Origin: Deltaproteobacteria bacterium
GTDB lineage: Bacteria; SAR324; NAC60-12
Assembly (NCBI GenBank): GCA_038150265.1
Contig: JAYOTF010000004.1
Coordinates: 1 to 64,000 of the forward strand
Direction of reading: 5' to 3'
DNA length: 64,000 nucleotides
Of this stretch, positions 18,209-28,251 are shown piece after piece. Position numbers and translations under genes: made by a program. Numbering within the stretch: position 1 is the first letter of the stretch; every line of letters starts with the position of its first letter. The notes below the pieces were generated by a model. The model did no database searches, was not told the origin of the DNA, and was given only the letters and a program-made list of their open reading frames with translations.

Positions 18209-19297
18209 TTACCGGATGATGAGTTCAGCATGCAGGGCTCCAGCGGTCTTGATCGCCTTGAGCACCTCAATCAGGTCCTTGCTGGAGGCTCCAATCTTGT
18301 TGAAGCCGTCCACGACCTCCTTGAGGTCGGCCCCGCCCTTGAGCAGGAAGACGTTGGAGGAAATCGTTTCTTCGTTGGCGCCTGCCGGAGCATTCGGATC
18401 GGCCGCCGCCTGGGGAAGCTTGACCTGAATGTTCAGGCCATTTTGAGAAATCGCGACCGGAGAGATGCGAACGCTGCCCCCCATCACCACGGTTCCGGAA
18501 CGCTCGTCGAGCACCACCTGGGCCGCACTGTCTGGAGTAATTTCGAGGTTTTCAATGCTGGACACCAGCTCCACGGTGTTGCCCAGGTAGCTGTCGGGCA
18601 CAATCACTTCCACCGTCCCGGCATCTTTTGCTCGGGCGGTGCGCATGCCCAGGGACTGATTGATCAGCTTGGCCAGACGAAAGGCCGTGGTGAAGTCTGG
18701 CTCCTTGAGGTTCATGTACACCCGAGCCCGGCTGTTGAGGTTCAGGTTGATCTCGCGCTCAACAATTGCTCCGCCTGGCACATTCCCAACCGAAGCCACC
18801 ATCCGGGCGCCAATGGGCAGGTTGGCCAGCTCTTCCGGAGGGAGCGCCTCTGCTCGGCTCACCCCTCGGGGGATGCCGGCAATCGGCCCCTGGGCCAACG
18901 CGTACACCTGCCGGTCCGGACCCCGCAGCGGCGCCATCAGCAAGACCCCGCCTCGCAGCGAGATCGAGTCTCCCAACGTGGCCACGGTCACGTCCAGGCG
19001 CTGGCCCGACTTGGCAAACGGCGGCAGGGTGGAGGTGAGCCAAACGGCGGCCACGCTGCGTCCCTGAATGTCCTGACTGCCCAGGCTGAGCCCCATGCGT
19101 TCCAGGGCGTTCACAATGGGCTTGCGCGAAAGCAGGCTCTCTGGCGAATCTCCGGTGCCATCAAGACCCACCACCAGGCCAAAGCCAATGAGCTGATTGT
19201 CCCGCGCGCCTCTCAGAGAGGCAATGTCCTTCACACGGACCCCCCACGCGGTGGAGGTGAGGGCAAGAATCAGAAGCAAACTAAGCAGAGGGCGCAT
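18209..19297 (-). CDS. flgI: Flagellar P-ring protein FlgI
   Basis: RVKDIA..G.RDNQLIGFGLVVGLDGTGD; AGALHAELII. Confidence 0.97.
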   Translation of the reverse strand: MRPLLSLLLILALTSTAWGVRVKDIASLRGARDNQLIGFGLVVGLDGTGDSPESLLSRKPIVNALERMGLSLGSQDIQGRSVAAVWLTSTLPPFAKSGQRLDVTVATLGDSISLRGGVLLMAPLRGPDRQVYALAQGPIAGIPRGVSRAEALPPEELANLPIGARMVASVGNVPGGAIVEREINLNLNSRARVYMNLKEPDFTTAFRLAKLINQSLGMRTARAKDAGTVEVIVPDSYLGNTVELVSSIENLEITPDSAAQVVLDERSGTVVMGGSVRISPVAISQNGLNIQVKLPQAAADPNAPAGANEETISSNVFLLKGGADLKEVVDGFNKIGASSKDLIEVLKAIKTAGALHAELIIR

Positions 19298-19348
19298 GAA
19301 TCATCGAATCAAGAAGGTTCGGGCGACAAACAATTCTTCCGGGAGCAA

Positions 19349-19364
19349 TGCGAATTCGGTGCCA
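19349..19364 (-). promoter_or_regulatory. Putative sigma54 promoter for flgI operon
   Basis: TGGCACCgaatTCGCA, GG-N10-GC, ~50 bp upstream of flgI. Confidence 0.7.
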
Positions 19365-19420
19365 GAAGAACGGGATTCCGTGGGGGGAAGCAGTCGGACG
19401 AGGTCTGTGCGAAGTTGAGA

Positions 19421-20215
19421 TCAGCTGGCCTCCCAGCGTTCCAGTTTCCGGGTCATGCGGACCAGCTCCTGAGGAAGCTGACGCTGCAGGGTCTGCGCCC
19501 GCTGAAGCAACTCCGTCCGTTCGATTTCAGCCCCGGGGTGGCTCCCCAGCAGCAAGACGTTCCCCAGGGTCCGGGTCCGGGCCTGCCACCCGCGTCCAAA
19601 CGCGGCCATCCAGCGCTTCCGGAACTGTGGAAACACCTCGGTGGCACTCCAGGTATTGGCCAGCACCCACCCGTTGGGCTGGAGGCGTTCCAGCAGCAAC
19701 GTCAGGAATTCCGGAGCCTGCAGAGCTGGCGGTGTGCCGTACGAGTCAAAGGCGTCCAGGAGAATCAGGTCATAGGGTTCGGTCAGCTGCGGCACCACCT
19801 CCAGGGCGTCTCCTTCATGGATCCGGAGGTTCGGGTGGTCGGGAAAGTCAAAGTACCCCCGCGCCGCCGCAATGACCTCCGGGTTCAGCTCCACCACATC
19901 GTGCACGCCGTCTGGAAAGTGCCGGTGCAGGTAGGCGGGGATCGTTCCGGCGCCCAAGCCAATGTGGAGGATCCGCTTGGGAGAAGGCGCCACCACCAGC
20001 CCGAGCAGCATGTACCGCGTGTAACGCAGCACCAGGTGTTCCGGATTGAGCAGCGACTGGGCGCTCTGGACCACGCGGTTGCCAAAACGCAGCTCGCGGC
20101 GTCCGGGGCGTTCCCAGACCTCCACTGAGGTCTCGTGCCAGCGGCGCTGCCAGATCAGCTGTTCCGGTTTCGGACGAATTGATTCCACCATCCACGTTAC
20201 CAGGCGGCTCAGCAC
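19421..20215 (-). CDS. Spermidine synthase-like SAM-dependent methyltransferase
   Basis: ILHIGLGAG, VELNPEVI, GDA, YDLILLDAF. Confidence 0.88.
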   Translation of the reverse strand: MLSRLVTWMVESIRPKPEQLIWQRRWHETSVEVWERPGRRELRFGNRVVQSAQSLLNPEHLVLRYTRYMLLGLVVAPSPKRILHIGLGAGTIPAYLHRHFPDGVHDVVELNPEVIAAARGYFDFPDHPNLRIHEGDALEVVPQLTEPYDLILLDAFDSYGTPPALQAPEFLTLLLERLQPNGWVLANTWSATEVFPQFRKRWMAAFGRGWQARTRTLGNVLLLGSHPGAEIERTELLQRAQTLQRQLPQELVRMTRKLERWEAS

Positions 20216-20437
20216 TCAGGAGGCCGTGCGCCGAACCGGATCCGCTTTCAAACGTGCCACGGCGTGCTGAGCGGCCGAAGCAGCAGGAGTTGCTGAGGAG
20301 GTCAATGAAGAGGGGAGGCCCTGGTGCCCGGATCGGCGCCAGGTGTCTCGGAGGCGTTCCATGAATCGCATGAGTCGGTTCCCGTAAGAGTCGTGAGAAG
20401 ATGTCCCCTCCCGAATCTTCAGCAAGACCCACGCCAC
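20216..20437 (-). CDS. Possible small protein (73 aa)
   Basis: Fills the gap between the trkH stop and the methyltransferase start almost exactly; no recognisable motif. Confidence 0.3.
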   Translation of the reverse strand: MAWVLLKIREGTSSHDSYGNRLMRFMERLRDTWRRSGHQGLPSSLTSSATPAASAAQHAVARLKADPVRRTAS

Positions 20438-20441
20438 TGGA

Positions 20442-21893
20442 TCAACTCTTCCAGAATCCTGGAGAAAGGAGGAAGAGCGCGGTGTAAATGTCCAGGCGTC
20501 CGGCCAGCATGAAGAAGGACATCAGCCACTTGGACAGGTCGGAAAAACCCGAGAAGTTGTCCGTTGGGCCCACGTCTCCAAATCCGGGACCAATGTTCCA
20601 GAGGGTCGCCATGGTGGCATTGAGCGCGGTCCAGAAATCGACGGAGTCCAGCAGGGTCAGCAGCAGGGACCCGACCAGCAGAAACAGCACATTGAGGGTA
20701 AAGAAGCCCATCACCCCATGAATGATCTGGGGGGGAAGCGGACGGTTGTTGATGCGGATGGGGTTCACCGCCATCGGCTGCAGCATCGTCCGGGCCGTGT
20801 GGGAGATGGAGCGGAAGATGATCACAAAGTGCAGGATCCGGATGCCGCTGGAGGTGGAGCTGGTGGACCCGCCAATGAAGAGGCAGATGAAGATGACCAT
20901 CTGGGCCGCCTGAGGCCACTGCTCGTAGTCTGCTGTGGCAAACCCGGTGGTGGTCAAAATGGACACCACCTGGAAGAACCCAAACCGAGCCGCCTCAGCA
21001 AAGGACTGATAGGCCCCGTGTCCCCAAAGCACCGCTGAAATGAGGAGCCCCAACCCGATCACAATCAAGAGGTAGGCCTTGATTTCGGTGTTGTGCCGCA
21101 CTTCCTTCCAGTTCCGGGAAATGAGGTGGTAGTGGAGGACAAAGTCCATGCCGCCCAGGAACATGAACACCGTGCCGACCCATTCCAGGTAAGCACTGTC
21201 ATAGGCCCCGTAACTGGCATTGCGGTTCGAGTAGCCGCCTGTGGCCAGGGTGCCAAAGGCATGAATGAGGGCGTCATACAGCGACATCCCTCCCAGCCAG
21301 AGCAGCAGCGTCTGCAGGGCATTGAGGCCAATGTAGATCACCCAGAGCCAGCGCAGGGTTTCCTTGAGCCGTGGCAGCATCTTGGTCCCGCTCAGCCCCT
21401 GTCCGGGAGCCGCTTCTGCCCGGAACAGCTGGACGGCTTCACTGCTGGAAAACAGCGTCAGGTAGAGCACAATCATCCCCATTCCCCCGATGAAGTGCGT
21501 CATGCTCCGCCAGAACAGCAGCCCCTTGGGCAACGACTCAATCTCGTTCAGAATCGTGGACCCCGTCGTCGTGTACCCCGACATCACCTCAAAGAAGGCA
21601 TCGGTGAACGACGGAATGGCACCATGAATCATGAAGGGCAGGGCAGAGACCGCCGAAAAGAGGACCCACCCCAGGGCGACAATGACAATGCCTTCCTTGA
21701 TGCGGACCTCCTGACGCTTGCGGAAGGGCCAGTAAAGGGGGAAGCCCACCACAACGGCAGCGATGATCGTGACGACAAAGGCGTAAAGATCGTCTTGTCC
21801 GTAAATCACCGCACACGCGGCAGGAAAGACCATGAGGCCCCCGCTGACAAGCAGCAGCGCCCCGGTCGTCCGGAGAAAGAGTTGGTAAGACAT
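20442..21893 (-). CDS. trkH: TrkH-family potassium uptake membrane protein
   Basis: FFEVMSGYTTTG, LATGGYS, LTTTGF, LWNIGPG selectivity-filter motifs. Confidence 0.95.
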   Translation of the reverse strand: MSYQLFLRTTGALLLVSGGLMVFPAACAVIYGQDDLYAFVVTIIAAVVVGFPLYWPFRKRQEVRIKEGIVIVALGWVLFSAVSALPFMIHGAIPSFTDAFFEVMSGYTTTGSTILNEIESLPKGLLFWRSMTHFIGGMGMIVLYLTLFSSSEAVQLFRAEAAPGQGLSGTKMLPRLKETLRWLWVIYIGLNALQTLLLWLGGMSLYDALIHAFGTLATGGYSNRNASYGAYDSAYLEWVGTVFMFLGGMDFVLHYHLISRNWKEVRHNTEIKAYLLIVIGLGLLISAVLWGHGAYQSFAEAARFGFFQVVSILTTTGFATADYEQWPQAAQMVIFICLFIGGSTSSTSSGIRILHFVIIFRSISHTARTMLQPMAVNPIRINNRPLPPQIIHGVMGFFTLNVLFLLVGSLLLTLLDSVDFWTALNATMATLWNIGPGFGDVGPTDNFSGFSDLSKWLMSFFMLAGRLDIYTALFLLSPGFWKS

Positions 21894-21933
21894 GTGTTCA
21901 GCCCAGGGGCAGAAGCGGGGTCAGGCGGCGGAA

Positions 21934-24495
21934 TTAGAGGTTCAGCAACCCGCGCAAGTGGTAGGTGATGCGCTCGGGGTTGTCCAGCGAATCCAGGTAG
22001 AGCGGCATGGCCTGCACCTCGCCTGCTTCATTGGTCCGGACTCCCGACAGGTGCCACAGAACCGCCTCATCAGTGGGATCGAGAGACTGCAGGAACTCGG
22101 CAGGGGCATGAAACACCACCGGAACATGCGAGGACCGAGAGCGGTTGCGGTTGCGCAGGAACTGATGCACGACCTCAATGGAGAAGTGGGGCAGGTCCAC
22201 AATGAACAGAGCAAAGCGGAGCTCCTCAAGGTCACGACGCGAAAGGAGGGTGTCAAACTTCTGAACCCGCTTGAAGCCGATCGCCTCCGGGAAGGCGGCA
22301 GTGATGCCGTCCAGAGGGAAGCTCGAATTGAGCGTCATCAGGGCCACCTGGGCCGTCTCCAGAATCTGCTCCACCGGCTCCTTGTAGAGCTGCTGTTCCT
22401 CTTCCAGGAAGCGCCCGGCACGGGTGTTGTCAAGCTGGGCACTGTTCCGGATGGCACACCCCAGCGACATGGCCTCGAGGATCTGCAGCCGGTGCTGCAG
22501 CAGGGGCACAAACCACTCGTCCAGGGTCTCGATCTCAGGGGGCTCGACTTCTTCGTCTCCGGCAGCCTCGGCTTCATTCTCCGGCATCTCGGGAAGCGGA
22601 GCCGCTTCGTCCCCCTCAAACTTCTCTTCCTCGGACTTGAAGCGGTCCAGCAGCTTGTTCATTTCCATGTCGATCTGGAAGAGCCGGTACTGCTTGCCCT
22701 TCTTCACGCCCATGATCTTCGAGAGCGTGTTGAGCCCATCCTTGGTGATCATCGCCTTGATGACCCGCTCCACGCTTTCGCGCTGCTCCTTGAGGGTCTT
22801 GTCCTTGAGCGCTGCCGCCCCCAGGACGCCTTCCAGCAGCTCATCCGGTTTGGTCCGGATCAGCTCATGAAGGTTCCGGCTCGTGAGGGTCACCTCACTG
22901 GGGTCCACCGCCGTCTCCCCCTCTGCCGGCACGGGTGCCAGGCGCAGCTTGACGTTCAGGGTGCCGTCGGTTTCCACGTTCCAGGAGTTGACCAGCACCA
23001 CCTCGAACTGGGAGAAGGTCTCTTCCTGTCGCATGAACTGCTGGTAGGCCTTGGCGGCAGGAAGCTTCGGGTTGTCGCGCTTGAACTTGTTGAAGAGCCG
23101 GAACAGCTCCAGAGACGACATCATCTTGACGCGGGTCCGGGGGAACTTGTGCTCCACCAGGTAGTCCACCAGGTCGGTCCGGAAGTCATCCACAATGAGG
23201 TAGCGGGTCAGGTTCCGCATGATGCCCCCAAAGCGGGTGCCGCTGTGGACGTGCCGGGTCGCCTCCATCAGCGCCATGTGAACCAGCGCATAGTAGGCTT
23301 CCGCGTGTGGGAGCAGGCGCTCCTCAATGGACTCAATCTGCAGGTAGTTGGTGGCCTCTTCCTGCGCCAGCTTCCAGTACTCCTCATACTGGGTGGCACG
23401 GCGCATCATCCACGGCTGTGCGGCTTCCTGCTTGAGCTCCTGCTGCAGCTCCAGGTAGTGCTGCTCCAGCTTGTTCCGGATCTCAAACGGACGCTTCTGC
23501 ACAGGCGGCATCTTCTCCGGAAGCCAGCCGGTGAAGCGGTAGGTCCGCCGGGCAATGTGCTGAACGTGGGCGTCAGGCGCATTGCGGAAGTCTTCCGGGA
23601 AACCACACTGAATCAAGATGAAGAAGTCGTACTCCTTCACCGTCTCAAACTTCAGATCAGTTTGCCGGACCACCTCCACGCTGGAAAAGTGCCAGGGCTT
23701 GAGCTGCTTGACGAGGGCATCCGCGTAGCTGGAGTGCAGCCCCGGATGCGTGATCACCAGGAGTTTGAAGTCGATCTGCTTCTTCTGCAGCGCCTCATAG
23801 TGCCCCTGCAACTCGACCTTCCGGACCTCGCCCGCCAGCTTGTGGGTGGTGTGCCGCCCTTCAATGTAGGCCTTGAGCGTGGCCTTGGAGCTCAGTTGCT
23901 GGGCCACCAGGCGCGTGATGGCGCCTTTCTTCCCAATCCCCGTGGTCTCCACGTTGAGGTCGTTCCACTGCAAGAAGAGCGGATCCTTCTTGAGCCGGAA
24001 GGTGGGGTGCTTGGTGATGGCAATGATCAGCGCCTCCGGATTCGCCCGCCGGTAGAGCCGAAGGATGTTGGTCTGCTGCTCAATGAAGTTGTTCCGCATC
24101 ACTGGGCTCACCCAGCTGGGAACCGTGAAGCTGAGGAAGAGCAGGTCGGCAAAGCGCACCACCTGCTGAATCTCTCGGGCATTGTAGAGCTTCGGCTGAA
24201 TGCCCATCTTGTTCCACACCAGCAGGTCGCTCTTCAGCAACGCCTCAATGTCTTCCAGCTCCCGGCGCCAGGCACGTTCCTGCTGCTCCACCTCATACCC
24301 CTGGTAGTCAAGGTGCCAGGCGCTGGGGTTGTCGCGGTCAAACTTGATCTCGGTCATCAAGTAGACAAACTTTAACTCCAGCCCGGGGAGTCCCTCGCGC
24401 CAAGCCTGTTCTCGCAGTTCCTTGACGCGGGCCTGGAGTTCTTCTTGCTGCTGCTGTTCACTGGGCGGTTCTGAGGCTTGGACGTCAGAGGGCAT
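21934..24495 (-). CDS. Large hypothetical protein (~853 aa) with several degenerate receiver-like segments
   Basis: Long ORF with protein-like composition from MPSDVQ; the upstream extension to 24774 looks non-coding. Confidence 0.8.
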   Translation of the reverse strand: MPSDVQASEPPSEQQQQEELQARVKELREQAWREGLPGLELKFVYLMTEIKFDRDNPSAWHLDYQGYEVEQQERAWRRELEDIEALLKSDLLVWNKMGIQPKLYNAREIQQVVRFADLLFLSFTVPSWVSPVMRNNFIEQQTNILRLYRRANPEALIIAITKHPTFRLKKDPLFLQWNDLNVETTGIGKKGAITRLVAQQLSSKATLKAYIEGRHTTHKLAGEVRKVELQGHYEALQKKQIDFKLLVITHPGLHSSYADALVKQLKPWHFSSVEVVRQTDLKFETVKEYDFFILIQCGFPEDFRNAPDAHVQHIARRTYRFTGWLPEKMPPVQKRPFEIRNKLEQHYLELQQELKQEAAQPWMMRRATQYEEYWKLAQEEATNYLQIESIEERLLPHAEAYYALVHMALMEATRHVHSGTRFGGIMRNLTRYLIVDDFRTDLVDYLVEHKFPRTRVKMMSSLELFRLFNKFKRDNPKLPAAKAYQQFMRQEETFSQFEVVLVNSWNVETDGTLNVKLRLAPVPAEGETAVDPSEVTLTSRNLHELIRTKPDELLEGVLGAAALKDKTLKEQRESVERVIKAMITKDGLNTLSKIMGVKKGKQYRLFQIDMEMNKLLDRFKSEEEKFEGDEAAPLPEMPENEAEAAGDEEVEPPEIETLDEWFVPLLQHRLQILEAMSLGCAIRNSAQLDNTRAGRFLEEEQQLYKEPVEQILETAQVALMTLNSSFPLDGITAAFPEAIGFKRVQKFDTLLSRRDLEELRFALFIVDLPHFSIEVVHQFLRNRNRSRSSHVPVVFHAPAEFLQSLDPTDEAVLWHLSGVRTNEAGEVQAMPLYLDSLDNPERITYHLRGLLNL

Positions 24496-24974
24496 GAAGC
24501 ATTGATGGAGCTGAGTGAAGGGCGAATGCCTGATCGGACTTGAAAAGGTCGATGCTACCAAATGCCCTTGAAAGATGCTACCGCAAAAATGCCCCAGCGG
24601 TGGATGAGGCCCCCGCGTGGCCGTTTTCCCCAGCCCGGGTCCAGATCGCCGGTCCTCTCTCAACCCGGCCCCGGAAGCGGCACAGCCTGTGCAGACCTCC
24701 TCTTTCAGAACACCGACCTGATCCTTTGTCGAAAACCACCTCATGAAGAGCCACTTTTCATCTCCCCTGCGCACCCTCTACCCCCGGCCTCCGGCTGCAA
24801 CCGAGCCTCCGAAGGCTCCAGCCGCCGGAGAGGAAGACTCCCGCGGGCTCTACCTGCTGGCCAACCTTTCTCGCAAGTGCACGCCCTTCCGCTATGATGC
24901 CTCTGGAAAATTCCAGACCCGTCCGACGGAAAGTGGCACCCACCTCACTCGCGAAGCCTGACCCCCACGCCTTC

Positions 24975-25439
24975 ATGGAAGAAGCGGCTGTCCAGAAACT
25001 GGCCCACGACCTCCTCCAGGCCCATGGGCTTTGGCAGCAGGGGTGGCGCTTTGCCTTCGACCGTGCCGTCCGACGCGCCGGCGCCTGCCACTACTCCAGG
25101 CAGGCCATCACCCTCTCTCGTGCCTTTGCTCAGCAGTTGGACGAAGCCGAAATCCGCGAGACGCTGCTTCATGAAATTGCCCACGCCCTGGTGGGGCCCG
25201 GAAAGGGGCACAACGCCGAGTGGCGTGCCCAGGCCCTGGCGATTGGCTGCCGAGCAGAACGGACCCACTCCTTCGAGTTTGCCCAGGCGCCCTGGCTTCT
25301 GGTCTGCACCCGAGGCTGCTTCCAGGTGCCCCGGCACCGGCGACCTTCGCCCCGGCGGCTCAAGTACGCCCAGTGTGCCCGCTGTGGTGCCCCCGTTCAG
25401 GTGATTCCCCATCCGGATCCCCCGGACGCTTCAGAGTAG
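24975..25439 (+). CDS. SprT-like zinc metalloprotease
   Basis: RAGAC, LLHEIAHAL, GHNAEW, C-terminal CxxxC and CxxC. Confidence 0.9.
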   Translation: MEEAAVQKLAHDLLQAHGLWQQGWRFAFDRAVRRAGACHYSRQAITLSRAFAQQLDEAEIRETLLHEIAHALVGPGKGHNAEWRAQALAIGCRAERTHSFEFAQAPWLLVCTRGCFQVPRHRRPSPRRLKYAQCARCGAPVQVIPHPDPPDASE

Positions 25440-26369
25440 CCCCTCCGTCCCCCTGGCCTCCTCCAGCCGGGTTGCGCGCTCCGTCCAGGCCTGCAGCAGA
25501 GCCGCAGGTGAAGCTCCGGCTTCTTCCGGAAGCCCGGACCACTCGGCAAAACGTCGGCGCAGCTCCTGCACCGACCGTCCGGACTCCCGCCACGCCTGCA
25601 ACGAGGGCGCTCCTGCGGTTTTTGACAGCTTCTCGCCAGAGGCATCCCGGACCAACGCATGGTGCTCAAAGGTGGCCTCCTGAAACGAGGTCGCCTCCAG
25701 CACAGTGGCCAGCCACAGCTGCCTCCGGGTCGACTCATAAAGGTCGTGTCCCCGGACCACCCAGTTGATGCCATCGTCCCAGTCATCGGCCAGCGACGCC
25801 ACCTGATACGCGGGTAGCCCCTCCCTCCGCTGAACCACAAAGTCTCCCGAATGCAGCCACTCCTTTTGAACCCCTCCGGTCTCGGTTTTCAGGTGGAGGG
25901 TTCCCGTTTCCGGAATCCGAACCCGCCAGGGCAAGGGGGAATCCAGCGGCCAGTTTTGAGAGCGGCAGGTCCCCGGATACTCCAGTTGCGACTCCGGATG
26001 CGCCTGACGCCACTGCTGAATCTGCTTCCGGGGGCAGCGGCAGGCATACACGGCCCCACGCGTCCGAAGCTGCTCCAGCAGCTCGTGGTAGCGGCCTTGC
26101 CGTAGCTGCTGCGAGTGCTCACGCTGCAGGGCATCCGGCCCCATTGGCCCCGTGTCCCAGTCCAGCTCCAGCCACTCCAGGTCGGCAAACAGCGCCTCGA
26201 TGTAGACGGGCTGACAGCGCAGGGCGTCGAGGTCGTCGACCCGAAGCTTCAGCGTTCCATGGGAGCAGCGGACCTGACACCAGGTGTGCCAGAAGTTGAA
26301 GGCATTCCCCCAATGCAGGAAACCACTGGGGGTCGGCGCGAGCCGGGAGTGTCGAGGAGGCAGAGGCAT
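25431..26369 (-). CDS. gluQ: Glutamyl-Q tRNA(Asp) synthetase-like (truncated GluRS paralog)
   Basis: RLAPTPSGFLHWGN, CRC..YPGTC, VVRGHDL, KLSK; no anticodon-binding domain. Confidence 0.8.
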   Translation of the reverse strand: MPLPPRHSRLAPTPSGFLHWGNAFNFWHTWCQVRCSHGTLKLRVDDLDALRCQPVYIEALFADLEWLELDWDTGPMGPDALQREHSQQLRQGRYHELLEQLRTRGAVYACRCPRKQIQQWRQAHPESQLEYPGTCRSQNWPLDSPLPWRVRIPETGTLHLKTETGGVQKEWLHSGDFVVQRREGLPAYQVASLADDWDDGINWVVRGHDLYESTRRQLWLATVLEATSFQEATFEHHALVRDASGEKLSKTAGAPSLQAWRESGRSVQELRRRFAEWSGLPEEAGASPAALLQAWTERATRLEEARGTEGLL

Positions 26370-26618
26370 GAAGCAGGAAACAGAAAGCGTGCAGCCACAC
26401 GCACCGGAGGAGTGCTTGACTCGCGGTTGTTTTTTGGTAGTTTGCTCGTGCTGCGCCCACAGGAGGGCCCTCAGCACCGTTCCTTATCCTGTAGTAAAGC
26501 TTCACCCAAATCAACCACCACCCCCTGCCTCCGGCATCGCTTGGTCACGCCTCGGCGGTCCCAGAGCCTCCTTCCGGACGCGTGGACGCTTTTCGATTCC
26601 TCAAACTGGAGATGCCTC

Positions 26619-28124
26619 GTGTCTGCCTTCCTCAAGCTTCATGATCAGGACAACGTTGCGCTGGCGCTGGACGACCTGCCTGCAGGTGCAGAGGTCCATG
26701 GCGTCCGGGTGCAGGAGCCGATTCCGGCCGGACACAAAGTGGCGTTGGTCCCACTGGAGCCCGGCGCGCCGATTCGCAAGTATGCGCAGATCATCGGCTT
26801 TGCCAGCACCGCCATTGCGCCCGGAACCCACGTCCACACCCACAACTGTGACGTCCAGACCTTTTCGCGGGACTACGCCTTCGGGTCAGAAGCCCAGGGG
26901 CTGCAGCGGATTGAGCCTCCGGCCACCTTTGACGGCTTTCTACGCGCAGACGGGCGCGCCGGAACCCGCAACTTCATTGCGGTCCTCACCTCTGTCAACT
27001 GCTCCGCAACCGTCGCCAAGGCCATTGCCGCCCAGTTCTCGGATGCGCAGGTGCAGGCCGAGTTTCCCAATGTAGACGGCGTGGTCGCCTTCACCCACGG
27101 CACCGGCTGCGGACAAAACATCAAGGGCGAGGGCCTTGCGCTGCTGCGCCGCGTGCTGTCCGGATATGCCACGCACCCCAATGTGGCAGGGGCCCTCGTG
27201 GTGGGGCTGGGATGCGAGGTGAACCAGATCCCGGACTTCCTCAAGGCCGAAGGGCTCAAAGCCGGCCCGGGGCTCCGGACCCTGGTCATTCAGGAAAGTG
27301 GCGGCACCCGCAAGACCGTTGAAGAAGGCGTCGCGCTGGTCCGGGAGATGCTGCAGGAGGCCAACCAGTGTCAGCGCCAACCCCTTCCGGCCAGCTACCT
27401 CACCTTGGCGTTGCAGTGCGGCGGCTCCGATGCTTACTCCGGCATCACCGCCAATCCGGCTCTCGGCGCCGCTTCCGACCTGCTGGTGCGGCACGGCGGC
27501 ACCACGGTTCTGAGCGAGACCCCGGAAATCTATGGCGCCGAGCACCTGTTGACGCGGCGGGCGGCCAGTGAAGACGTCGGGCGCAAGCTCATTGAGCGCA
27601 TCCACTGGTGGGAAGAGTACACCGCTCGGCACGGCGGTGAAATGGACAACAACCCCTCTCCCGGCAACAAGGCCGGGGGCCTGACCACGATTCTGGAAAA
27701 ATCGCTGGGCGCCGTTGCCAAGGGAGGACGCTCGGACCTCGCCGATGTCGCCCTCTACGCTGAGCGACTCCGGACCCACGGGTTCATCTTCATGGACTCC
27801 CCGGGCTACGATCCCGTTTCCATCACCGGACAGGTGGCCTCCGGATGCAACGTGGTCTGCTTCACCACCGGGCGAGGCTCCGTTTACGGGTGCAAGCCCG
27901 CCCCCAGCCTGAAGCTCGCCACCAACACCCCCATGTTCCAGCGCCTGTTTGAAGACATGGACCTCAATTGCGGCGAGGTCCTTGAAGGCGTCTCCGTGGA
28001 AAAAATGGGAGAGCGCATCTTTCAGCTCATTCTCGAAACCGCCTCCGGCAAACGGACCCGGAGCGAGCAGTTCGGCTTTGGCGACTATGAATTTCTCCCG
28101 TGGCAAATTGGCGCCGTGATGTAG
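26619..28124 (+). CDS. uxaA: UxaA-family dehydratase (altronate/galactarate dehydratase-like) with N-terminal SAF domain
   Basis: DNVALA, GHKVAL, HVHTHN, GTRN, QCGGSD, NPSPGNKAGGLTTILEKSLG, FTTGRG. Confidence 0.9.
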   Translation: MSAFLKLHDQDNVALALDDLPAGAEVHGVRVQEPIPAGHKVALVPLEPGAPIRKYAQIIGFASTAIAPGTHVHTHNCDVQTFSRDYAFGSEAQGLQRIEPPATFDGFLRADGRAGTRNFIAVLTSVNCSATVAKAIAAQFSDAQVQAEFPNVDGVVAFTHGTGCGQNIKGEGLALLRRVLSGYATHPNVAGALVVGLGCEVNQIPDFLKAEGLKAGPGLRTLVIQESGGTRKTVEEGVALVREMLQEANQCQRQPLPASYLTLALQCGGSDAYSGITANPALGAASDLLVRHGGTTVLSETPEIYGAEHLLTRRAASEDVGRKLIERIHWWEEYTARHGGEMDNNPSPGNKAGGLTTILEKSLGAVAKGGRSDLADVALYAERLRTHGFIFMDSPGYDPVSITGQVASGCNVVCFTTGRGSVYGCKPAPSLKLATNTPMFQRLFEDMDLNCGEVLEGVSVEKMGERIFQLILETASGKRTRSEQFGFGDYEFLPWQIGAVM

Positions 28125-28140
28125 TCCCTCCCGTTTGGAC

Positions 28141-28206
28141 ATCGGCCATTCCTATCAAAATCATAAAATCAAACGATTGGACGAATCAGGAGCCGGCCCC
28201 TAGACT
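28141..28206 (+). promoter_or_regulatory. OxyR-type binding site and adjacent promoter
   Basis: ATCG-N7-CTAT-N7-ATAA-N7-CGAT (28141-28177) followed by TGGACG-N17-TAGACT. Confidence 0.78.
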
Positions 28207-28251
28207 AGGATCCATGGTAATTGAGCCATTTGCTTCAACGAATCATGGAGA

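Noticed and set aside
21892..24375. 827-aa plus-strand ORF, and similar long ORFs at 18194-20128, 37046-38881, 54180-55850 and 58724-60619
   Set aside because: Antisense shadows of better-supported genes, expected in high-GC DNA; no motifs
24496..24774. N-terminal ORF extensions in the track (also 26115, 26477, 30046, 33980, 47686, 58391)
   Set aside because: Non-protein-like composition or overlap with neighbours; family homology starts at later codons
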